This document shows positions 45,801-55,643 of a DNA stretch of 64,000 bases, in pieces. The translations under genes and the position numbers were made by a program. The notes below the pieces were generated by a model. That model had not been told where the DNA came from and ran no database searches. It was given only the letters and a program-made list of their open reading frames with translations. Each line of letters starts with the position of its first letter. Positions within the stretch are counted from its first letter, which is position 1. The stretch spans positions 4,032,001 to 4,096,000 of the forward strand of contig OZ242005.1 of the NCBI GenBank assembly GCA_965204725.1. Direction: 5' to 3'. Origin of the DNA: Candidatus Latescibacterota bacterium (GTDB taxonomy: Bacteria; Latescibacterota; UBA2968; UBA8231).

Positions 45801-46376
45801 CTACAGATCCTTGTACCAAGTCAGTTGCACTTCGTCTAGGCCCTCGGTATGGTAGGCGTAGAGGTGGACTTGACCGAGCTTGGCTCCCATGCGGGCGTAG
45901 AAGCGGCAGGCGGCGACATTGATATTTTGGGTCTCGATCTTGAGCTGGGTGCAGCCTTGCTTCTTGGCGCAGGTCTCGGCGCGTTGGAAGAGTGCCCTGC
46001 CCACGCCTCGCCCTTGACACTCGGGTCGGACGCGGATGTCCCAGAGGCCGGCCAAGTCTTCGCGCCCTTCGCAGTAGCCTAGCCCCTCGCCGTGAAAGGC
46101 GACAATGGCTCCGCCGATGCGCTCTCGCTCCCTATACGCAGCGAGGACAATCCACCGCGAGAGGTCCCACATTTTCCGGGTCCAGCGTTCCGGGCCGCCG
46201 GAGTGGTCGTAGTCTTTGATGTAGGGCGGATCGACGGGTTCCTCAACGAGCTGAATTCCCCCCAAGCCATTGGCGACGGGTTCAACGCGAAAGCGGCTTT
46301 TCACTTCTAAGGCGATGGGCACCCGACCGTATTCGGGCAGGACGTCGATGCTTTCTTCTCGAATGCGAAAGTCCAT
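45801..46376 (-). CDS. GNAT acetyltransferase (streptothricin acetyltransferase-like)
   Basis: WDIRV..QGRGVG, IETQNINVAACRFY..G. Confidence 0.82.
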   Translation of the reverse strand: MDFRIREESIDVLPEYGRVPIALEVKSRFRVEPVANGLGGIQLVEEPVDPPYIKDYDHSGGPERWTRKMWDLSRWIVLAAYRERERIGGAIVAFHGEGLGYCEGREDLAGLWDIRVRPECQGRGVGRALFQRAETCAKKQGCTQLKIETQNINVAACRFYARMGAKLGQVHLYAYHTEGLDEVQLTWYKDL

Positions 46377-46433
46377 TGGTGTTTTGGTCTGAAGGTCGGT
46401 GAAGCTGATTGGCGAGATCAGAGAATCCGCTAC

Positions 46434-47648
46434 TCAGAACGACAAGCCGATAAAGGAGTGGCTGTGATCGGCGAGCCGTGGTGACGATGACGAATTTCCG
46501 TAGTCGAACCGGGACCAACTGATCGACAGGTGTCTGGCAAGGAACTGGAGCACCCCGCGTTCGGAACGGGGCGATTTACTGTCTAGAGAGTGGGCAAAAA
46601 ACTTGAAGAGGCCATCGGACTTAACGGTCCATCCAGAGGTCTTCAAGTGAATCTCGCCATCAAAGTCGTCGTACGTTCCTCGCCGAATCGCGAGCGTTTC
46701 CAGAATCGAAATCTCAATCCCGCTCTTGTCGTCCTCAGCACGGCTCGTGATATGGACACCGTCTATCTGGGGACGGTATATCTCCTTGGAAAATGTCACC
46801 CTGCCGATAGCGAGATCGAGAGCGTCGGAGTTCCAGTCCATTCCCAAACTGCCCGACCATCCGTGCCGCCTGTTTGCTGGTAGAGGATCCGCTTGGTTCC
46901 CATTGATGTAGGCAATGATTTCACCGCCACGGTTCTGCCACGCGACGCCGACCCCGACATCGAGCTTTGGCCGGAGATGCTGTCCCAGAATAAAATCCTT
47001 TCCTGTGAAGCGTTCCAAAACACCGACCACCGGCACTACCGCCATGAGACCGAAGTCGTATGCCTTGGCGGAACCTTCTGCTTTACCCCATTCAAGGCCT
47101 GCCCCAGGTGAACCAAGGTCGGACGAAATCCTCTTGGTTGTGTAACCAACGCCTATCTCCACGACCGATCTCAACGCCAAGCTGATGCCGAAATTGTTGG
47201 ATGCCTCTACACTTGCGAAGGTATCTATTGGATTACCCCGTTCATCTGTGCGGATTTGTTCTCCTAAATCCAGCTTCGTGCGGTATCCGTAGAATGCCGC
47301 TCTAAGCCTCCCCCCGCCGAGAACTCGCTCAACTGCGGCCTGACCGGCAAAGTAATTGTAGCTCAGACCATCTGCCAACGCTGGAAGCCACGGCATCTCG
47401 CTCGGGTAGAAGCGACTCTGTAGCGTGTGTACAGGCGACGCGAGGGCTGCCGCACCGGGGTTGTAGTAACCGGCCGGCTCGTCTGGGAGAGCGACGCCCG
47501 CCTGTCCCATTCCGTTGACGCGCACCGACGGGGAGATCAGCAAGAACAGAGCCCCAGCCCTGCTTTCAGGATTTGCTTCGGCGGATTCGCCCTGTGCGAA
47601 TAGAAGGGCCGCAGCCAAAGCCGCACTGAATACTCTTGAGAATACCAT
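46434..47648 (-). CDS. PorV/PorQ-like (FadL-fold) outer membrane protein
   Basis: Signal peptide; GALFLLISPSVRVNGMGQAGVA..YYNPG, WLP.LA, ADPLP; C-terminal F. Confidence 0.75.
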   Translation of the reverse strand: MVFSRVFSAALAAALLFAQGESAEANPESRAGALFLLISPSVRVNGMGQAGVALPDEPAGYYNPGAAALASPVHTLQSRFYPSEMPWLPALADGLSYNYFAGQAAVERVLGGGRLRAAFYGYRTKLDLGEQIRTDERGNPIDTFASVEASNNFGISLALRSVVEIGVGYTTKRISSDLGSPGAGLEWGKAEGSAKAYDFGLMAVVPVVGVLERFTGKDFILGQHLRPKLDVGVGVAWQNRGGEIIAYINGNQADPLPANRRHGWSGSLGMDWNSDALDLAIGRVTFSKEIYRPQIDGVHITSRAEDDKSGIEISILETLAIRRGTYDDFDGEIHLKTSGWTVKSDGLFKFFAHSLDSKSPRSERGVLQFLARHLSISWSRFDYGNSSSSPRLADHSHSFIGLSF

Positions 47649-47696
47649 AGAATTGGCTCCTTGTGGGTTATCTGCGAATGACTGGACTTTAGGCCG

Positions 47697-48614
47697 TTAG
47701 GAGGTGCTCTTACCCAGCGTGCTGCACATCGATCCAATGACGACCAATATAGTGCCGCCGATGGCGGGTGTATTGAGAGGTTCCATGGGGACTAGGTTGG
47801 GGTCGAAGAGGGCGAGTAGGCCCATCATGGCTATTGTGATCAGCGGCGTCAGCGAGACCAGCGCACCCATGCGCGAAGCCTCCATCCGCTTGAGCGATTC
47901 GGCAAAACTGAGATAAGAAACGAGGGTGAAGACGACCGAGCAGGCCAAGAGCAAGCAGGGGATGGCCGGCAGGTCGAATAGGCGGCTCGGCTGGGCTAAG
48001 GGCAGGAAAAGCAGCATCCCAAACCAATAGACCAAGGCCATGATCGAGGTCGGAGGCAGGTGGCGCAGCAGCGGCTTTTGCGCCAGCATGAAAACCCCCC
48101 AGAGGATGGCCGAGGTAAAGACGAGCCAAACGCCGAGGCCATAGTTTTCCACCACGACGACCAGTTCGGCAACGCGCTGGTTAAAAAAGAGCCCCATGCC
48201 CACGATCAGGACGCCGAGACCGACCCACTGCAAACGGCTAAAGGGTTCTTTGAAGAGAACCAGTCCGCCCAAGAGCACAACTATGGGCGAAAACTGCATC
48301 ACGATCTGCGCCGAACCCGGGGAGATGCGGCCCAGCCCCATCAGATAAGTCAGGTAGTTGCCGCCGAGGCCGAGGACGCAAACCACCGCCAGCGCCAAGG
48401 CGGCGCCGCGGACCCGAAAAGGGGAAGCAAGGCCGTAGCGAAAGTGGATGACCGGGACCAGCATGGCCCCCGCGAGTAGGAAGCGATACCAAGTAACCGT
48501 AAAGGGGTCCAGCGACTGCAACAGCAGCTTGAGTATCACGGGCAGAGCACCCCACAGCAGCAGCGTGGTAAAGGCAAGGGTCAGGCCGAGTGATCGCTGC
48601 TCCGTCCGGCCCAA
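47697..48614 (-). CDS. DMT/EamA family transporter
   Basis: LLWG..P..K, WYRF, LFKE, about 10 TM helices. Confidence 0.88.
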   Translation of the reverse strand: MGRTEQRSLGLTLAFTTLLLWGALPVILKLLLQSLDPFTVTWYRFLLAGAMLVPVIHFRYGLASPFRVRGAALALAVVCVLGLGGNYLTYLMGLGRISPGSAQIVMQFSPIVVLLGGLVLFKEPFSRLQWVGLGVLIVGMGLFFNQRVAELVVVVENYGLGVWLVFTSAILWGVFMLAQKPLLRHLPPTSIMALVYWFGMLLFLPLAQPSRLFDLPAIPCLLLACSVVFTLVSYLSFAESLKRMEASRMGALVSLTPLITIAMMGLLALFDPNLVPMEPLNTPAIGGTILVVIGSMCSTLGKSTS

Positions 48615-48615
48615 C

Positions 48616-49749
48616 CTAACCTCGCCTCAGCCGCTCGACGACCGCTTCATCCACCTCAATCCCCAACCCCGGCCCAGTCGGCACGCGCACAAACCCATCC
48701 TCGTGATCAAATGGCACCGCGCAGATCGTTTGGCGAATGGCATTCGGCGTCCGGTCGAACTCCATCACCGGCTCCTGCAAATAGGGCAAGGCGTTGTGCG
48801 CCGGTGGGCAGGGCGGCAAGGTGGCGGCCACGTGCAGCGTGGCAGCAATCATAACGGGCGATCCCCAGACGTGGGGATTGACCTGAATGCCGCAGGCGTT
48901 GGCCATGGCGCATATCCGCTGCATTTCGGTGATGCCGCCACAGTGCATGACGTCGGGCTGGACAATGTCGTAGGCGCGGCGCGTCAGATAGGGCTTGAAC
49001 TCGTAGCGGGTGCGCAGGTTTTCGCCGCCGGCAATAGCCATAGGTAGCGCGGCTTTGACTTCTAAATAGGCGTCGAAGTCTTGGGCGTTGACCGGCTCTT
49101 CAAACCACACCAGATCCAGCTCGGCCAGCTTTTGACCCATGCGAATCGCCGTGGTGGCGTTGTAGGCTTCGTTGGCATCAACCATGAGGTGAATGTCCGG
49201 GCCGATGGCATCCCGCAGCGCACAGACGCGCGCAACATCCTCGGCCATGGACAGTCCTCCGACCTTGGTCTTCATCCCTTTGAAGCCTTCGGCCACATAG
49301 CCCCGGGCCTCGTTGAGCAGGCGGTCGGGGAACTCGCCTGTGGTGTAGTAGAGGCCGGTGGCATAGACGGCAATTTTATCGCGGACCTTGCCGCCGAGGA
49401 GGGCACAGGCCGGAAGATCAGTGGCTTTGCCAGCGAGGTCCCAAAGGGCCATGTCGAGCGCAGAAAGGGCACTGCCCGCCAAGCCGACCGCGTTGTTGCC
49501 GTTGTAGAGCGCGTGGAACATGCGCTCCCAGAGGCCGGTGCGGTCCATGGGGTCTTGGCCGATCAGCAGCGGGGCGAGCAGGCCGTTGATGAGGTCGGCA
49601 CCCGCGCCTTCGCCCCAGCCGACGAGGCCGTCGTCCGCAATGACTTTGACGAGCGTGGTGCTCCGTGCGTCGAGCCAGCCCTGAGACCAGCCAAAGGGGT
49701 GCTCAAGGGGGGCGATGAGGTCGAAGGTTTTGATGGCAGCGATTTTCAT
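48616..49749 (-). CDS. Mandelate racemase/enolase superfamily enzyme (galactarolactone cycloisomerase-like)
   Basis: GWGE, YATGLY, KTKVG, VDAN, EEP, GE, QPD, PHVWG, EFD, GPGLG. Confidence 0.85.
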   Translation of the reverse strand: MKIAAIKTFDLIAPLEHPFGWSQGWLDARSTTLVKVIADDGLVGWGEGAGADLINGLLAPLLIGQDPMDRTGLWERMFHALYNGNNAVGLAGSALSALDMALWDLAGKATDLPACALLGGKVRDKIAVYATGLYYTTGEFPDRLLNEARGYVAEGFKGMKTKVGGLSMAEDVARVCALRDAIGPDIHLMVDANEAYNATTAIRMGQKLAELDLVWFEEPVNAQDFDAYLEVKAALPMAIAGGENLRTRYEFKPYLTRRAYDIVQPDVMHCGGITEMQRICAMANACGIQVNPHVWGSPVMIAATLHVAATLPPCPPAHNALPYLQEPVMEFDRTPNAIRQTICAVPFDHEDGFVRVPTGPGLGIEVDEAVVERLRRG

Positions 49750-49827
49750 AAGAGGTCTCTGAGGTTGACAGGCGTCGAGGGGCAATGAAATATAGGGTAT
49801 TCAAATTTGCCGATAAAGGAGGCGACC

Positions 49828-50973
49828 GTGAAAATTACCGCGGTAAAATTGCGGGTGTTGGAAGACCCAAGCCACAGGGGAAGCGGCGGCCATAGTATCG
49901 CACGGGTAGAGGGGCTGAGGAGGATACAATACACGCATCGAGGAAGGCCGGATCGGGAATCGCGTCCGGTGCGACAGAGCTTTTTGGAGGTGCATACCGA
50001 CGAAGGGATTGTGGGGCGCAGCGATACGTCGATGACGCCCTATCAGGCCGACATCGTGCGGTATCACGCGCTGGGGCGGAGCCCGTGGGAACGCGAGGGG
50101 TTGTTTCAGCAGTTTTGGAAGGGAACCCGGTGGGTGTACCAGCCTCCGGGGTGGTTTGGAGCGTTTGACAACTGTCTGTGGGACATTTTGGGCCAAGCTG
50201 CGGGGCTGCCGGTCTATGCGTTGGTGGGGCGCGTGCGGCCGCGACTGCCCGCGTATCTGACCGGCGGAGACGCGGATATAGAGGGGTATCTCAGGGCCAT
50301 AGAGACCGGCCGGGACATGGGTATTGGCGCGTACAAGTTTCACACGTATAAAGGAGGCAAGGCCGATATTCCCATTTACCGGGCGGTGCGGGATGCCGTA
50401 GGGCCGGATTACGATTTGATCACCGATCCAGTGTGCTCCTATAACTTGCGCGAAGCCCTAGAGGTGGGGCGCGTGCTAGAGGAACTGGATTTTGTGTGGT
50501 TGGAAGAGCCGATGCACGAGCAAAAGATGAATCAATATCAGGAGCTGTGCCGAGCGTTGACCATTCCGGTGATGGGGACCGAGATGCTGATGCACGACAT
50601 CGATTTGACGGCGCAATGGCTGATCCAAGGGGCGACCGACCGGCTGCGGGGCAATGCCCGGCATGGCACCACGCAGGTGCTCAAGCTGGCGCATCTGGCC
50701 GAGCTGCACGGCGCGAATATCGAACTAAATGGCGGCGGGGCGTTGGATGGGCTGGTACACGCGCACTTGGGCTGCTGTATCGACAACACGGATTTCTACG
50801 AGTTTTTCGGGGCAACAGCCGACAGCTTGCGGCAGACCGGAGCGCGCTGGGGTTTGCTCAATGCGCCCTTGATTGAGGAAGGGCACATCGCACCCCCAGA
50901 GGGGCCGGGCTGGGGCGCGGAGTGGGACGAGGAGAAGTTCAACTCGCTGGTCGTTAAAGAGCACGACGCATGA
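49828..50973 (+). CDS. Mandelate racemase/enolase superfamily enzyme, atypical active site
   Basis: AAGGAGG before GTG 49828; DNCLWD, YKFH, TDP, EEP, TE, YEFF, GPGWG. Confidence 0.8.
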   Translation: MKITAVKLRVLEDPSHRGSGGHSIARVEGLRRIQYTHRGRPDRESRPVRQSFLEVHTDEGIVGRSDTSMTPYQADIVRYHALGRSPWEREGLFQQFWKGTRWVYQPPGWFGAFDNCLWDILGQAAGLPVYALVGRVRPRLPAYLTGGDADIEGYLRAIETGRDMGIGAYKFHTYKGGKADIPIYRAVRDAVGPDYDLITDPVCSYNLREALEVGRVLEELDFVWLEEPMHEQKMNQYQELCRALTIPVMGTEMLMHDIDLTAQWLIQGATDRLRGNARHGTTQVLKLAHLAELHGANIELNGGGALDGLVHAHLGCCIDNTDFYEFFGATADSLRQTGARWGLLNAPLIEEGHIAPPEGPGWGAEWDEEKFNSLVVKEHDA

Positions 50974-51824
50974 AAAACTGGCAACCTACCCCAGACCAAG
51001 CCCGAACTTGGGAAGAGCAGGGCTATTTCACGGTGCCCGGGGTCGCGACGGCCGACCAAGCAGCCGAGATGCGCGGGGTGATCAAAAACATCCTGTACAC
51101 GCCCGCGCCCGACAATGTGCGCACGGACGCCGACCCCATGGACCCGATGGGCGATACGCCCGAGGCGCGGGCGCAGCGCTTTCGCAAGTTCAACCGCTGG
51201 TGCCACACCGCGCCGCTGGTCTGGCACACGGTACACGCCGGGGCGATGGCGCCGCTGGCGCGGCATTATCTAGGCGAGGACATTCTGCTCAAGTTCAGCA
51301 GCGTCTTCGTCAAGCCGGCCCATACCGGAGCGGCCACGCCTTGGCACCAAGACAACGGGTTGTGGCGCGATGGCGAGACCGAGCCGTTCAACTTCTGGAT
51401 GGCCCTCGACCCAGCGCGGCGCGACAACGGCTGCCTACAATTCATTCCGGGCAGCCACAAAACCGAAATCGTCAAGCATGTGCTCTACGCCGACAGCATC
51501 CACGGCGAGCTACCGCGGGAGCGGGTCGCGGCCCTAAAGGCCGAGCGCGGCGTCGAGCATATTGAACTGGCCCCGGGCGATGTCGTCTGCTGGCACAGCA
51601 GTTTATGGCACTACAGCCCGGTCAATGAGAGTAACCAGAGCCGGATTGGCATCGCCGGCGTCTATACCACGCCCACGCTCGCCGACCGCTCCATCCGCAC
51701 TTGGGGCACCTTCCCTTGGGTGATGCGAAAAGGCACACTGTGCCAGAATTTTCCGCCGGACGAATACGAAGTAAGCCCGAAAGACAAGTCGCCAGCCGAA
51801 CCCTTTCCGAGAATGGAATGTTGA
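50970..51824 (+). CDS. PhyH-family Fe(II)/2-oxoglutarate dioxygenase
   Basis: TPWHQD, WMALD..NGCL..PGSH, LWHYS..N..R. Confidence 0.9.
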   Translation: MKNWQPTPDQARTWEEQGYFTVPGVATADQAAEMRGVIKNILYTPAPDNVRTDADPMDPMGDTPEARAQRFRKFNRWCHTAPLVWHTVHAGAMAPLARHYLGEDILLKFSSVFVKPAHTGAATPWHQDNGLWRDGETEPFNFWMALDPARRDNGCLQFIPGSHKTEIVKHVLYADSIHGELPRERVAALKAERGVEHIELAPGDVVCWHSSLWHYSPVNESNQSRIGIAGVYTTPTLADRSIRTWGTFPWVMRKGTLCQNFPPDEYEVSPKDKSPAEPFPRMEC

Positions 51825-51846
51825 TCGGCCCGGTTTTTTTTGAGTC

Positions 51847-51900
51847 GTCATTCCCGCGAACGGACGTCACCCCGTGCCCCGACACGGGGCGGGAATCCAG
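51847..51900 (+). repeat. Nested RS3/RPE-like palindrome
   Basis: GTCATTCCCGCG-aacggac-GTCACCCCGTGCCCCGACACGGGG-CGGGAATCCAG. Confidence 0.8.
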
Positions 51901-51946
51901 TCTTGAATGATGTAGGATGGCTATAAATCAAAAGGGGATGCAGCCG

Positions 51947-52852
51947 ATGAGCCAAGCATACGTAGTAGATAAGAACCTAGGGCAGCCATTGCTGGTGGAG
52001 GAAGGCGACCTGCCGCAAAAAAACGCCGATGGCGAGCCGGTCGTCGCGCTGACCGACGAGCAGAAATACCTCTTCGATGTGCGCGGGTGGCTCTTGGTGC
52101 CTGGGGTATTGGCCGACGACGAGGTCGAGGCCATGCGCGAGTACGCATTGCGCGTGCAAAACCACCCGGAGTCGCTGCCGGAACCCGAGCGTTCTTTCGT
52201 GGCCGGGCCGCTAGAGATGCTGACCGATCATCCAGTGGTCGTGGGCTTCCTCAACGAATTTCTGGCGTTCCCTGGGCTGTCGAGTGCCGAGTGCTACGGG
52301 TTTCGGATGGAGGGCAGCGGCTTGCGCAATCCAGCGGCGACGCCCGAGCGGGAGGGCGTTTTCAACCCGCACAATGGCAGCGGCTTCTTTCGCTTCGCCG
52401 TGGATTCGCACCACTACCAGAGCATTCCCGGCAAATCCTTTAGCGGGTTGACGCGGGTGGTGTGGGAGCTCGCACCGGTCAAGATGGGGCAGGGCGGCAC
52501 ACTCTTAGCCACGGGGAGCCACAAGGCCGCATACCCCGCGCCCGCCGCCATTCAGGAGCCGCATTCGGCCGTGTGGGAGACCTACGAGTGCCCGGCCGGA
52601 TCGGTGTTATTCTTTACCGAGGCACTCGCACACAGCACCTCGCGGTGGACCAATACCGACAACGAGCGGGTAGGCATCTTCAACCTCTACAATAGCGTGG
52701 GATCGCGCTGGAGTTCGTGGTCGCCGCCGGCCGCCCTCGTCGAGCGGATGCCCCCGATGCGGCAGACCTTGTTCCGCGGCACCTACTGCGCGGACAACGT
52801 ACCCGGCTTCCGCTACGGCGGCCAAAACCAGCGAGATCGGCCGGTCGCCTGA
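51947..52852 (+). CDS. PhyH-like Fe/2OG enzyme with HxG motif
   Basis: EQKYLFDVRGWL, NPHNG, GGT..GSHKA, GSVLFFTEALAH, ER; start could be 51917-51947. Confidence 0.75.
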   Translation: MSQAYVVDKNLGQPLLVEEGDLPQKNADGEPVVALTDEQKYLFDVRGWLLVPGVLADDEVEAMREYALRVQNHPESLPEPERSFVAGPLEMLTDHPVVVGFLNEFLAFPGLSSAECYGFRMEGSGLRNPAATPEREGVFNPHNGSGFFRFAVDSHHYQSIPGKSFSGLTRVVWELAPVKMGQGGTLLATGSHKAAYPAPAAIQEPHSAVWETYECPAGSVLFFTEALAHSTSRWTNTDNERVGIFNLYNSVGSRWSSWSPPAALVERMPPMRQTLFRGTYCADNVPGFRYGGQNQRDRPVA

Positions 52853-52863
52853 TGTTGCGACCG

Positions 52864-53004
52864 CAACGTAAGTGTCGCGTACTTAGCGTAGGACGGTAAA
52901 ACCAAGGATCGAGGGCATCTTGCCCTCGTCGAGGGCGGGACGCCCTCGATCCCGGACGCAGCGGGAACCGCAGACAAGGCGTACTCAACGTAAGTGTCGC
53001 GTAC
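52864..53004 (+). mobile_element. MITE family A, partial copy with duplicated right end
   Basis: CAACGTAAGTGTCGCGTAC at 52864-52882 and 52986-53004 around the full hairpin core. Confidence 0.72.
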
Positions 53005-53031
53005 CAAGCACATCTTTTAAGGAGCAATTCA

Positions 53032-53913
53032 ATGACTCAAAAAATCAACCGCGCTGTCGAACTTCTCGCCGCGGATCAGCCAATCTACTACACAGGTGCC
53101 CACGCTGGACACGTGCTGACCTACGAACAGGGCAAACAGGACGCCGGGACTTGGGCCGACTACATCAATGTCGGCATGGAACACGGTTCGTTTGATATGG
53201 CGGGGCTAGACGAATACTTGCGCGGCTTGGTCGCCGGTGGGCCGACCCGCAGTGGGCACCGGACGCCGGCGGTCATCGTCGAGGCCCCGGTTGAGGGCCG
53301 ATCTGAGGAGATCGTGCGCTACAACGCTTGGCAGTTTCGGCAGATCTTGGGCCGGGGAGCGCACGGAATTTTGCTGTGCCAAGCCGAATCGGCCGCGGCT
53401 GTCCGAGCCTTCGTCGAATCGTGCCGCTATCCGATCAACACCATCGGCGTCGGCCCCGACTTGGGCCGGGGTACGCGCGGCGTCGGCTCAGAGGGCGTAT
53501 GTACGGGCGTGTGGGGCATAAGCCGCAACGAGTACCTAACCAAGGCCGATCCTTGGCCCCTCAATCCAGACGGCGAATTGCTGCTAGGGCTAAAGATCGA
53601 GTCGGTCGCGGCCCTGCCTCACATCGAGGAAATCCTGTCCGTACCCGGGATCGGCTTTGCCGAAATGGGGCCGGGCGACTTGAGCCTTTCGCTGGGGTAT
53701 CGGGCGATGCCGCAGCCGTGGCCCGAGCAAATGCAGGAGACGCACGAGCGGGTCAAGGCGGCGTGTCAGCAAAACGGCGTGGCCTTCTTGGACGGCGCCA
53801 CACCCGCAACGGTCGCGGAGAAAATTGACGCTGGGGCGCGCGTGATCTCAGGTGGGAACGAAGAAACGGCGCGGGTGGGACGAGCGCACACGCGGCGAGC
53901 GATGCCGATATAA
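53032..53913 (+). CDS. HpcH/HpaI aldolase / citrate lyase family protein
   Basis: MEHG, CRYP..GTRG, KIES, GPGDLSLSLG. Confidence 0.85.
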   Translation: MTQKINRAVELLAADQPIYYTGAHAGHVLTYEQGKQDAGTWADYINVGMEHGSFDMAGLDEYLRGLVAGGPTRSGHRTPAVIVEAPVEGRSEEIVRYNAWQFRQILGRGAHGILLCQAESAAAVRAFVESCRYPINTIGVGPDLGRGTRGVGSEGVCTGVWGISRNEYLTKADPWPLNPDGELLLGLKIESVAALPHIEEILSVPGIGFAEMGPGDLSLSLGYRAMPQPWPEQMQETHERVKAACQQNGVAFLDGATPATVAEKIDAGARVISGGNEETARVGRAHTRRAMPI

Positions 53914-53915
53914 TA

Positions 53916-55637
53916 ATGGACCGCAATAAAACCCTCCGCAGCGCGGCGTGGTTTGGCGACGAGTGGCACCAAGGGTTTGTCTCTCGCGGCTGGGCCAAAA
54001 ACCAAGGCCATCCCGAGCAGATGTTCGACGGCCGACCCGTGATCGGGATCTGCAATACGTGGTCGGATTTGAATCCCTGCAACGCCCACCTGCGGATTTT
54101 GGCCGAGCAAGTCAAGCGCGGGGTGTACGAGGCCGGGGGCTTTCCGCTCGAATTTCCAGTCACCTCCCTCGGCGAGACCATGATGAAGCCGACGACCATG
54201 CTCTACCGCAACTTGGCGAGCATGGACGTGGAGGAAAGCATCCGCGCCAATCCGCTCGACGGGGTAGTGCTGCTGACCGGCTGCGACAAAACCACACCCG
54301 CTTGTCTGATGGGCGCGGCGAGCGTGGACTTGCCGACCATCGCGGTGACGGGCGGGCCGATGCTCAACGGCAAATTCCGCAATCAGAACATCGGCTCCGG
54401 CACGGATGTCTATCGCTTTACGACCGAGCTGCGGGCCGGGAGCATCTCGCGCTTGGATTACCTAGAGGCCGAGGCCGGGATTTCGCGCTCAGACGGGCAC
54501 TGCATGACTATGGGCACGGCCTCGACGATGGCCTGCATGGTCGAGACCCTCGGGCTGACGCTGCCGAGCGGCGCGGCGATCCCCGGGCCGGATGCGCGGC
54601 GCAAACGCTTGGGGCATTTGGCCGGCAATCGCATCGTCGAGATGGTCCGCGAGGGCCTTTGCATGTCGCGCATTTTGACGCGACCCGCCCTAGAAAACGC
54701 CATCAAGGTCAATGCCGCGCTGGGCGGCTCAACCAATTTCGTGGTGCATTTGTTGGCCATTGCCGGGCGGACCGGCGTCGCGCTCGACTTAGACGACTTC
54801 GACCGCTTGGGCAGCCGCATGCCGCACTTGGTCAACCTAATGCCCGCAGGCGAGTACCTGATGGAGGACTTTTTTTACGCCGGGGGCTTGCCGGCCGTGA
54901 TCCAAGAGATGAAGGAGCATCTACATCTCGATACTCTAACAGTGACTGGCAGGTCGCTCGGCGAAAACACCGCGGGTGCCCAATGCTACAACCGGGCGGT
55001 CATCGCCGCCATCGACAAGCCGCTCAAGGAAGCGGCCGGGATCGCCGTGCTCCGCGGCAACCTCTGCCCGGGCGGGGCCATTATCAAGCCCTCGGCCGCC
55101 TCGCCCGAACTCATGCAGCACGGCGGGCGCGCCGTAGTCTTTGAAGACATCGAGGACTACAGAGCGCGGATTGACGATCCCGCCCTCAACGTGAATAAGG
55201 ACTGCGTATTGGTCTTGAAAGGCATTGGGCCAAAGGGGTTTCCCGGTATGCCCGAAGCCGGAAAGTTCGGCTTGCCCAAGAAGCTGTTGCAGCAAGGGGT
55301 GCGCGATATGATTTGCATCTCGGACGGGCGGATGAGCGGCACGGCCTACGGCACGGTGATTTTGCACGTCGCGCCCGAAGCGGCGGTAGGCGGGCCGCTG
55401 GCACTGGTGCAGGAAGGCGACCGGATCGAGCTGGACGTGGAGAAGCGGTCGTTGAATATGGCCGTGTCCGCCGAGGAGTTGGCGAAAAGACGCCGGGCGT
55501 GGACGCCGCCTGCGCCGAGAGAGACGCGGGGCTATGCTGGGCTGTACATTCAGCACGTGCTTCAGGCCGACAAGGGCGTTGACTTGGACATTCTGGTCGG
55601 CGGCTCTGGGCCGGATGTCTATCGGGAGCCGAGGTAA
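53916..55637 (+). CDS. IlvD/Edd family sugar-acid (pentonate-type) dehydratase
   Basis: GICNTWSDLNPCN, GCDKTTP, HCMTMGTASTM, GGSTN, SDGRMSGTAYG. Confidence 0.92.
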   Translation: MDRNKTLRSAAWFGDEWHQGFVSRGWAKNQGHPEQMFDGRPVIGICNTWSDLNPCNAHLRILAEQVKRGVYEAGGFPLEFPVTSLGETMMKPTTMLYRNLASMDVEESIRANPLDGVVLLTGCDKTTPACLMGAASVDLPTIAVTGGPMLNGKFRNQNIGSGTDVYRFTTELRAGSISRLDYLEAEAGISRSDGHCMTMGTASTMACMVETLGLTLPSGAAIPGPDARRKRLGHLAGNRIVEMVREGLCMSRILTRPALENAIKVNAALGGSTNFVVHLLAIAGRTGVALDLDDFDRLGSRMPHLVNLMPAGEYLMEDFFYAGGLPAVIQEMKEHLHLDTLTVTGRSLGENTAGAQCYNRAVIAAIDKPLKEAAGIAVLRGNLCPGGAIIKPSAASPELMQHGGRAVVFEDIEDYRARIDDPALNVNKDCVLVLKGIGPKGFPGMPEAGKFGLPKKLLQQGVRDMICISDGRMSGTAYGTVILHVAPEAAVGGPLALVQEGDRIELDVEKRSLNMAVSAEELAKRRRAWTPPAPRETRGYAGLYIQHVLQADKGVDLDILVGGSGPDVYREPR

Positions 55638-55643
55638 TGAGGC

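Noticed and set aside
53948-55144. 398-aa Arg-rich alternative-frame ORF
   Set aside because: Off-frame shadow of the IlvD/Edd gene
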